Source of the DNA: a virus
Lineage: Duplodnaviria > Heunggongvirae > Uroviricota > Caudoviricetes
Length of the DNA: 19,763 bases
IMG/VR virus record: IMGVR_UViG_3300021255_003103
Span: 108,954-128,716 of that record
Direction: 5' to 3' (one strand)
Of this stretch, positions 8,062 to 15,272 are shown piece by piece. The first letter of the stretch is position 1, and every line of letters starts with the position of its first letter. Below the pieces are notes generated by a model. That model was given only the letters and a program-made list of their open reading frames with translations. It did not search any database and was not told where the DNA came from. The position numbers and the translations under genes were made by a program.

Positions 8062-8448
8062 ATGAAAGACATCAAATAATATATAATAGAAGCAGCTGGT
8101 AGTGAAATCGAGTTTCAAGGTCAGAAATTACAATTAAATCACATTATTAAAGCTAATGTACATAATGACATATATCAAGCAACTCGTGTAAAAGAGTTTA
8201 CTGATAATATGTGGAAAGATCTTAAGAAACAAGGTTGCACACACTTTATTTGTTTCCCACCTCATTATACAAACCAGGAAACGAAAAAGTTGATGAATTT
8301 CAGATAAAATGTTTATTAAAGGAAAGAAGATACTAGATACATACAAGGTGGTGAACATTATGCTATGTATGATACAAAGACCCATGAATGCGTAAATAGA
8401 GATATTATGGAAAAAAATAAAGCCTATAAAATTATAAGATTTGAATGA
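8062..8448 (+). pseudogene. Disrupted leader-tagged gene
   Basis: ATG AAA GAC ATC AAA TAA TAT ATA ATA GAA GCA = MKDIK*YIIE|A; frame then open to about 8307; further frame breaks; last segment ...YIQGGEHYAMYDTKTHECVNRDIMEKNKAYKIIRFE-TGA ends at 8448. Confidence 0.8.
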
Positions 8449-8449
8449 T

Positions 8450-8671
8450 ATGAAAGATATAAACAGATTTATTAATGAAAACGAAATACAGTTTCCACAT
8501 TGGAAAGATGAATATTGGTCTGAAAATTTAATCCATCATTTAGATTCTCTTAATAGAGAAAAGAATGAATTAGCAGAAATAATTAGTTGGTTTATTGTTA
8601 AAGCTCTTGGAGAAACTCCAAAATCTTCTTATAAAGATTTACGTAAACAAATAGATACTGCATTAGTATAA
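8450..8671 (+). CDS. Leader-tagged hypothetical protein, 73 aa
   Basis: Start moved from TTG 8441 to ATG 8450 giving MKDINRFINE|NE. Confidence 0.8.
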   Translation: MKDINRFINENEIQFPHWKDEYWSENLIHHLDSLNREKNELAEIISWFIVKALGETPKSSYKDLRKQIDTALV

Positions 8672-8919
8672 TGAAAAACATAAAAGATGTTATATTGAAT
8701 GAAGCAGGTAAAGACTATTCCGACTATAAATCTGAAGTAGTTGACCAATTATATGATATTTATTATAATCAAGGATTGAAAAGATTTGTAAATGCAATGA
8801 TTCATTTTATTGAGGACGGTCATTATGAAAAGACCGATTGGGAGTCAATTGAATTGAAGAAACTTCTTCCAAAACTTAAGTCATTAAGACAAGAACCAAA
8901 AGGCTTTAAATCAAAATAA
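8671..8919 (+). CDS. Leader-tagged hypothetical protein, 82 aa, paralog B
   Basis: MKNIKDVILNE|AG; near-identical to 7098..7346. Confidence 0.9.
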   Translation: MKNIKDVILNEAGKDYSDYKSEVVDQLYDIYYNQGLKRFVNAMIHFIEDGHYEKTDWESIELKKLLPKLKSLRQEPKGFKSK

Positions 8920-8931
8920 ATTGATAATATA

Positions 8932-9288
8932 ATGGAAAATCTTAAGGAATATTTAATTAAAGAATCTGAAGAAGAAGTATTAGTTGTTACACATGATGAA
9001 GACGATGATCTAATATGTGTAAGTGCATTTTGGTATTGGCTTCGTGAAGCAGGATTCAAACCAAGTGGAAGACGACATAATTGGTCAAAACTTGATAAGA
9101 AATATGGTAATAAATGTAGTATCATAGATGATAAAGTTGATGAAGCTATTGAATTTATTAACAAAGGTACTTCAGGATTCAAGACTAAGAATATGACAAT
9201 TAAAGTAAAATCTGAAAATGGATCTTGTAAAGTTTCATCAGATGGTGGTGATATAGCTCATATAAAATACACTAAAGACAAAGCATAA
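8932..9288 (+). CDS. Leader-tagged hypothetical protein, 118 aa
   Basis: N-terminus MENLKEYLIKE|SE. Confidence 0.8.
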   Translation: MENLKEYLIKESEEEVLVVTHDEDDDLICVSAFWYWLREAGFKPSGRRHNWSKLDKKYGNKCSIIDDKVDEAIEFINKGTSGFKTKNMTIKVKSENGSCKVSSDGGDIAHIKYTKDKA

Positions 9289-9584
9289 TGAAGAATATAA
9301 ATAATTTTATTACTGAAAAATATGCAGGCGAACGAGAAGGAAGTTCATTCAAAGATAAAGTAAAATATTCTAAGAAAGACTTTGACAAATGGGTAGAACT
9401 TTGGAGAGATGACAAACTTTCTAAAGAAGTCATGATAAGCCCTTATGGTAAAGATACTGAACTCGTATTAATATATTGGGTAAACCACTCACAAAAACAA
9501 GTACAACATATCGCATCATATAATGTAAAAGATGAGATATTGATGACAGATGATATAAAGTTATTTGGAAATGAAAAACATTAA
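9288..9584 (+). CDS. Leader-tagged hypothetical protein, 98 aa (intact copy of the 2476 pseudogene)
   Basis: N-terminus MKNINNFITE|KY. Confidence 0.85.
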   Translation: MKNINNFITEKYAGEREGSSFKDKVKYSKKDFDKWVELWRDDKLSKEVMISPYGKDTELVLIYWVNHSQKQVQHIASYNVKDEILMTDDIKLFGNEKH

Positions 9585-10458
9585 TTCATATATATTTGAA
9601 TCTCGTGAAATAGAGACTAATTCAAATAAACAACGTCGTAAGGAACTTGAAAAATGGTTGAAACATAAAAACTATGATGATTATGTTGATACATTAAATA
9701 AGATGCTTGAAGATCCAAAAGCAAAGACTTTACTTGAAGATGGATTTGGGGGAGAGCTTGGCGATACTAAACTTACATTTTCTGTTAAAGAAATTCCTGT
9801 ATCTCAATTGATGCCAACACAATCTGAGATAGATTTAGATAAGTCGCTTAAGCATGCATTAACTAAGAAAGAATCATTTGAAAAGACATTTACAAATCCT
9901 ATTGAAATAAATAAACCAATTGTTACATTCAGACAAAATTATGTAATTGATGGGCATCATACTTGGTTACAGGCAATAGCTCTTAATCCAAAAGGAAAAA
10001 TATTGGCATTCAATTATGATGGTGATATTTCTCCTATTCAGATGCTTAAAGCTGTACAAGGAACCATAGCTTCAGTTAAGGCAGACAATAATAACAATAG
10101 TGGAAAACTTCCATCAAATTCTGTAGATGGTCCTAATTTTTTTGATAAATCATTTGATGAAAAGAAAATTAGAAAATATATTAAAGATACGTTAAATGAA
10201 AATCTTATTGATTTATATATTGATAAGATTAAAGAATGCATGAATTATGATACGACAGTAGATTGGCTTACTGAACGTCTTTTAGATATTAAGTCAAATA
10301 ATTATCCATTTGATTCTGCTCCTGGTCGTGAAAACATGCCACAATTATTTAAAGGTGGCACTGATGAAGCTGATAAGAAAACATCATTACCAAATAAAGA
10401 AGGATCTGCAATGAACAAACTTAAAGATAATAAATTTATGAAGTCAGCAGTAAAATAA
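9571..10458 (+). CDS. Leader-tagged ParB/sulfiredoxin-like domain protein
   Basis: Start moved from TTG 9565 to ATG 9571 giving MKNINSYIFE|SR; IPVSQLMPTQSEID...KPIVT...YVIDGHHTWLQA fits the ParB/Srx core, with T in place of the usual R of DGHHR. Confidence 0.75.
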   Translation: MKNINSYIFESREIETNSNKQRRKELEKWLKHKNYDDYVDTLNKMLEDPKAKTLLEDGFGGELGDTKLTFSVKEIPVSQLMPTQSEIDLDKSLKHALTKKESFEKTFTNPIEINKPIVTFRQNYVIDGHHTWLQAIALNPKGKILAFNYDGDISPIQMLKAVQGTIASVKADNNNNSGKLPSNSVDGPNFFDKSFDEKKIRKYIKDTLNENLIDLYIDKIKECMNYDTTVDWLTERLLDIKSNNYPFDSAPGRENMPQLFKGGTDEADKKTSLPNKEGSAMNKLKDNKFMKSAVK

Positions 10459-10488
10459 ATTATTGTTAAATATATATATTTATGTTAA

Positions 10489-13062
10489 ATGGAATCTTTA
10501 GAAATACAACAAAATCCAGCTTTAATTGAAAATTTAAAACCTTATGATTTTTATAAATTCTATAATTATTTAAAAAATAATGAAACAGAATTTTTAAGTT
10601 TACGATTAAAAGGATGGATTCAAGTAACCAATGCATATGCAAGTGTTATGAATTATTTCAATGATAATGAAAAATTTCCAGAACTTGATGTAACATGCAC
10701 TGGTGAATATTATATTGAATTTGAAGATCCTATTACTAAAGAATGTGCTGCAAATGTATTTGGAGATAGAGTAGGCTTAACTCAGACCAGAGCAAAAATA
10801 TTCAATGGTTCAGAAATAACTAGTTCAAAAATGTCTCCTTATAATCAAATGGAATTATTTAATGAATTTGGATATTTTATTAATTTGACTCAAATACCAT
10901 ATCAATCTTTTTATAATTTTAAAAAATTAAAAAGCATACAATTACCTGAAAGTTTAACTACATTAAAAGAACAGGCATTTTATAATTGTGAATCACTTGA
11001 AAATTTTGGTCATTTAGAAAATCTTAGAACAATTGAACATCATGCATTAAGGCATACAAAATTACATGATATTCATTGTGAAAATATTTCTGTTCTTCAA
11101 AATAATACCTTAAGTGATAATACTGAATTAGAATTTGCTCATTTAGATGGAACATTTACACAATTAACACATGAAACATTCCGTGACGATAAAAATTTAA
11201 AATCAGTTACTGGTTTAAGTAATGTTACACAAATTAATTTTAAATGTTTCTTTGGATGTAATTCATTGACACATATAGATAATATTGATAAAATAACAAG
11301 AATAAATCAAGACGCCTTTAGCTATTGTTATGCATTACCGCGTCTTAATACAGATTCATTAACATATATTGACTCTTGGGGATTCTTCAATTGTACATCT
11401 TTAGAATATGTAAATACAGCAAACGTTACACATCTTGGAAAAGAGTGTTTTATGAAGTGTGCGGCATTAGAAGATTTAGATTTGTCAAATGTATTGACTA
11501 TTGATACTGGTGTTTTTTCATATTCAGGAATAAAGAATATCAATTTACCGAAGTTGACTACACCTATAAGTAATATAGGAAGTATGATTAGAGATTCACA
11601 AGTAGAAACAGTAACATTTAATGAAGAATCTTCTGGATGGCAGACACCTTATGTAATACCTAATAATTTTGCAAATAATGCAATTAAATTAAGACAAATA
11701 AACTTAGGTAATTGTTATCAGATTAATTCAGATGCATTTGCAGGATGTAGTTCATTAATATCTATTGGAGAACAACCTGAAACACCTATATTAACAAAAT
11801 TAAATGGTACATCAATATTTAATGGCTGTACAAATTTAGATCATATTGATATATCATTAGTTGCTGAAATACCAGGTTCAACTTTTTATAGATGTAAACA
11901 TTTAAAAAGTCTTGGTAATAATAATGTATTGTCTAATGTTGAATATATAAGACATGATGCATTTCACGAATTTGGTACTTCAGGGGAAGAAGGATTAGGT
12001 GAAATTTCATTTCCAAATTGTAGATTAATCGAAAATGCAGTATTTAAGGATAGCTACGGTATAACAAAAATAAACTTTGGAAATCTTCAAGAAATCAAAT
12101 ATGAAGCATTTTGTCGTTGCAATGATCTTGAATATATTACTGGACTAGATAATGTTACAATATGTAGACATGATGTATTTTTGCAATGTACAAAACTTAA
12201 AGAAGTTGAAATGCTTAATGTTGAACAATTTATACATGATGGAAGGGGTGGTAGTAATCAATTTTATGGATGCACAGGATTGGAAAATGTTAATTTACCT
12301 AAACTTAAAACAGTTAGTGGTGATCGAACATTTAGCAATTGTAACATAACTGGATTATTAAATTTGCCATTACTTGAAGATACGGGTGGTCAGTACGCAT
12401 TTCAGTCAGCAAAAATAAAGAAAATCAATTTACATAATTGTAAGAAATTATATCAAAATCAATTTAATAATAATACTTTACTTGAAGAAATTGATTTATC
12501 ATCATGTGAACAATTTACAGGTGGTTCAGTATTTTATAATTGTACTGCATTACAAAGTATTGAATTACCTGCATTAACTGGAGATATTCCTCTTAATTGT
12601 TTCAGATATTGTAATTCGCTTACAAGTATTACATTTGGTACTGGTAAGATTAGATTAGTAGATGAATCTATTAGCGATAACCCAGAGTTAAAAACAATTA
12701 ATTTAAATAATTGTACTTATATTGGTGTACATGCAATGATGAACTGTACTAAGCTTGAAACAATTGGAGAATTCAGCGATGAATTAACATATATAGGAAT
12801 GGGAGCGTTTGAAAACTGTTCTAAATTAACAGGTAATATTACAATTCCTGCAAGTGTTACAACTATAGGATATAAAGCATTCTATAATTGTGGATCTATT
12901 ACATCAATTACAATGTTAGCGACAACTCCGCCACAAATGGATAATGAATCATTTAATGGAGCATTAACATATCCTATTTATGTACCTGCAGGTTCTGTTG
13001 ATGCATATAAAACAGCAAATAATTGGAAGAATATTGCTAGTAGAATATTTGCAGCATCATAA
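10489..13062 (+). CDS. BspA-type (TpLRR/LRR_5) leucine-rich repeat protein, 857 aa
   Basis: Roughly 30 repeats of about 23 aa (LxxIxxxAFxxCxxL); N-cap IEFEDPITKECAANVFGD...FNEFGYF and C-cap TPP...IYVPAGSVDAYKTANNW resemble Bacteroidales BspA proteins; no signal peptide or leader seen. Confidence 0.92.
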   Translation: MESLEIQQNPALIENLKPYDFYKFYNYLKNNETEFLSLRLKGWIQVTNAYASVMNYFNDNEKFPELDVTCTGEYYIEFEDPITKECAANVFGDRVGLTQTRAKIFNGSEITSSKMSPYNQMELFNEFGYFINLTQIPYQSFYNFKKLKSIQLPESLTTLKEQAFYNCESLENFGHLENLRTIEHHALRHTKLHDIHCENISVLQNNTLSDNTELEFAHLDGTFTQLTHETFRDDKNLKSVTGLSNVTQINFKCFFGCNSLTHIDNIDKITRINQDAFSYCYALPRLNTDSLTYIDSWGFFNCTSLEYVNTANVTHLGKECFMKCAALEDLDLSNVLTIDTGVFSYSGIKNINLPKLTTPISNIGSMIRDSQVETVTFNEESSGWQTPYVIPNNFANNAIKLRQINLGNCYQINSDAFAGCSSLISIGEQPETPILTKLNGTSIFNGCTNLDHIDISLVAEIPGSTFYRCKHLKSLGNNNVLSNVEYIRHDAFHEFGTSGEEGLGEISFPNCRLIENAVFKDSYGITKINFGNLQEIKYEAFCRCNDLEYITGLDNVTICRHDVFLQCTKLKEVEMLNVEQFIHDGRGGSNQFYGCTGLENVNLPKLKTVSGDRTFSNCNITGLLNLPLLEDTGGQYAFQSAKIKKINLHNCKKLYQNQFNNNTLLEEIDLSSCEQFTGGSVFYNCTALQSIELPALTGDIPLNCFRYCNSLTSITFGTGKIRLVDESISDNPELKTINLNNCTYIGVHAMMNCTKLETIGEFSDELTYIGMGAFENCSKLTGNITIPASVTTIGYKAFYNCGSITSITMLATTPPQMDNESFNGALTYPIYVPAGSVDAYKTANNWKNIASRIFAAS

Positions 13063-13078
13063 ATATATTTTATTTAAC

Positions 13079-13390
13079 ATGATAAATATAGTTGAATATT
13101 TAAAGACAAATGATAAAGAATTCAATATTGATGGATTTAAGATAATTGACATGGGAGATGACTCAGTTGTTTCTAATTGGGGTGAAGGTGATTTATTAAA
13201 AGCTATCAATGAATTAAAGAAACTTAAAGAAGAAGCAAATAATAAAGAATATTGGTTAATTGCAACAACTAATAATGGATTCTATGATTTAGATGATCCT
13301 GGTAATTATTTAGTATTGAAATCTTATGAATATAATGAAAAGGATGATTATTATGGAATCAATCCAAAATATAATGAATATTTAAAATAA
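13079..13390 (+). CDS. Hypothetical protein, 103 aa, degenerate leader
   Basis: Start moved from 12980 (82-nt overlap with the LRR gene) to ATG 13079: MINIVEYLKTND, leader-like but without the cleavage Glu. Confidence 0.75.
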   Translation: MINIVEYLKTNDKEFNIDGFKIIDMGDDSVVSNWGEGDLLKAINELKKLKEEANNKEYWLIATTNNGFYDLDDPGNYLVLKSYEYNEKDDYYGINPKYNEYLK

Positions 13391-13393
13391 ATT

Positions 13394-13687
13394 ATGAAAG
13401 ATATTAAAAATTTTATTTTAGAATCATCTCAAGATGACCTTGAAGATATGACAAATGATTTATCAGAATGGTGGGATGAACATTGTGTTGAAGATGGATA
13501 TAATAGCCGTCATGAATTTATAGATAATATGAAAGCAATGGCAGATAAAGAAAATGATCCATTGGTTGATGACGCTTTTGATTATCTTGAAAATGAATGC
13601 GAATGGGATCATAAAGATATTGAACGCTGGAAAGATGATCTTATAGAAGTATTATCACAATGGGCAAAAGATCAATTAAGTTATTAA
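13394..13687 (+). CDS. Leader-tagged highly acidic protein, 97 aa; last member of the array
   Basis: MKDIKNFILE|SS; 30 D/E, 9 K/R, 5 Trp. Confidence 0.85.
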   Translation: MKDIKNFILESSQDDLEDMTNDLSEWWDEHCVEDGYNSRHEFIDNMKAMADKENDPLVDDAFDYLENECEWDHKDIERWKDDLIEVLSQWAKDQLSY

Positions 13688-13702
13688 TTTTTTCTAATAT
13701 TA

Positions 13703-13736
13703 TTTAATTTTTTATAAAGATTACTATATTATTTAT
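13703..13736 (+). promoter_or_regulatory. Second copy of the candidate promoter element
   Basis: TTTAATTTTTTATAAAGATTACTATAT, 22/27 identical to 200-226. Confidence 0.45.
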
Positions 13737-13763
13737 GTATGGATGGTAACATAAAACATTCAT

Positions 13764-13771
13764 TATATTTG
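13764..13771 (+). promoter_or_regulatory. Bacteroidota sigma-A -7 element (TAnnTTTG)
   Basis: TATATTTG ends 24 nt upstream of ATG 13795, followed by an A/T-rich leader; no clear -33 TTTG. Confidence 0.5.
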
Positions 13772-13794
13772 TAATCAATAAAAAATTATTTAAT

Positions 13795-14232
13795 ATGATG
13801 AATATGTATACAACAGAGAGTTTTTGTGCCGGGTTAATTCAGTCAATTATCAATTATATGACTGAGAATAAAGTCGATGTATTTCCTCTTGAGTTTCTTG
13901 CAAATTGAAATGATTATAGTTCATGTGAGGCTGCTCGAAATTTTTACAATCATTGCATCAAGTATTTCACTGTTGTAAACGGAGAACTTCATGTTCATCT
14001 TCATTATAATTCAACGAATAAAGACTATGAAAATATTGTTTCAGAAAAACCTTGGTCTTGGCCCGACACTGAACATTATTCATTTCATTCTGCTGATTTA
14101 GTTGCTCTTATTCAGATAGCTTACGATACAATTGGTTCATCTCATTTTAAGGGTCGCGGAGTTGATAGCTGGGATTCTTCTGAAATTGATGAGCTTGAGG
14201 CAGAATATGAAGCTCGTCGAAACGAAGTTTAA
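13795..14232 (+). pseudogene. 145-codon gene with one in-frame TGA (13906-13908)
   Basis: MMNMYTTESFCAGLIQSIINYMTENKVDVFPLEFLAN*NDYSSCEAARNFYNH...DELEAEYEARRNEV-TAA; single frame; missed by the ORF track. Confidence 0.8.
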
Positions 14233-14255
14233 TAATTTAATACTATAAGAAATAC

Positions 14256-14300
14256 ATAGACAATATTTAGAATTTTATCTAAGTATTGTCTATATTTTTT
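14256..14300 (+). terminator. Intrinsic terminator hairpin
   Basis: 16-bp stem ATAGACAATATTTAGA (14256-14271)/TCTAAGTATTGTCTAT (14278-14293) with one G-U pair, 6-nt loop, then ATTTTTT. Confidence 0.8.
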
Positions 14301-14322
14301 ATATAAAAGATAGACTTGAAAT

Positions 14323-14766
14323 ATGGATAATAATCAATGGCATCAAACAAAAGTACCTTTCTTTTTGGAAGTTGAATATTATGATGAATATAATCCTGAT
14401 ACTGAAAGTAAAATAATGAAATCTTTATTAAGAAATGAAGATATTCTCCCAGGATTAAGAGTTAATCAAATGTTTGCAAATTGTGTTGATAAGAATGTTT
14501 TAATAGCAAGTGAAATTCAAAATGACTTAAAACATTTACAAGAAGAATTTGAAAAGTTTAAGAATAAGTATATTAATTTTGCTGATGATAGATCTAAAGA
14601 TATTTGCATGAATAAATTAGGTATGGAACCTAATGATTTTTCAGATATGGAAAAACATCATGCAGCATACATTAAAGAAGTAACAAAAGACAATAAGACA
14701 CCATTTATTGATAGCAATACTGGAAGATATAAAGCATACGATGATCCAACTAATTTTCCACAATAA
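14323..14766 (+). CDS. Hypothetical protein, 147 aa
   Basis: Clean ORF after a terminator; no leader; no recognised motif. Confidence 0.8.
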   Translation: MDNNQWHQTKVPFFLEVEYYDEYNPDTESKIMKSLLRNEDILPGLRVNQMFANCVDKNVLIASEIQNDLKHLQEEFEKFKNKYINFADDRSKDICMNKLGMEPNDFSDMEKHHAAYIKEVTKDNKTPFIDSNTGRYKAYDDPTNFPQ

Positions 14767-15023
14767 TGATACCAGGTTTTGTAACAATTTATACAGATAA
14801 AGATAAATATAAGCATCTATATTTTTATCCAGGATTATCAGATGAAAATGAACCAATTTATAGAAATATTGAATTACCAGATTGTCAATTAAAATATGAT
14901 AAGATTATAAATAAAGATTTTTCAATTGACTATAAATTTTATGAACGAAAAATTATAAAGATTATTTGTCATCTTGTTAAAATTAATGGAGATACAGATA
15001 TTAATATTTTAAGTTTTAAGTAA
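14766..15023 (+). CDS. Hypothetical protein, 85 aa
   Basis: TAATG-coupled on both sides. Confidence 0.75.
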   Translation: MIPGFVTIYTDKDKYKHLYFYPGLSDENEPIYRNIELPDCQLKYDKIINKDFSIDYKFYERKIIKIICHLVKINGDTDINILSFK

Positions 15024-15271
15024 TGGGTAATTGTGTAGATAAGTTTATTGAAAACAGATTAAATAAAAGATTAAATGAATTATTAAATGTACGCTTGAAA
15101 ATTCGACATCGTGGAATAGAACGTGAAAAAACAAATGATTATTTTGGCACGGGATGCTATGAAAAGGATTTTGCAGACATTATTGAATTAAGAAATATTG
15201 CAAGGGAACTTGAATTAAATTGTAATAAGTTTTTAGAACGTATATCGGAACAGTATAGTAAATTAAATTGA
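15023..15271 (+). CDS. Hypothetical protein, 82 aa
   Basis: Tightly packed ORF. Confidence 0.75.
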   Translation: MGNCVDKFIENRLNKRLNELLNVRLKIRHRGIEREKTNDYFGTGCYEKDFADIIELRNIARELELNCNKFLERISEQYSKLN

Positions 15272-15272
15272 T

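Noticed and set aside
5647-10458. Internal (I/L)xE sites as extra protease cuts (e.g. ILLNE|S in 5647, TLNE|N in 9571)
   Set aside because: The tripeptide is too frequent in these Glu-rich proteins to be meaningful without proteomics.
5879-12349. Plus-strand alternative-frame ORFs 5879..6100 and 12152..12349
   Set aside because: Fully nested in longer coherent genes, with no independent initiation signal.
10489-13062. Diversity-generating retroelement target or intron/intein in the LRR gene
   Set aside because: No template/variable repeat pair, reverse transcriptase or splice motifs seen in the window.
380-13075. T4 late promoter TATAAATA / TAAATA in spacers
   Set aside because: Short A/T words are uninformative at this base composition, and there is no consistent position.
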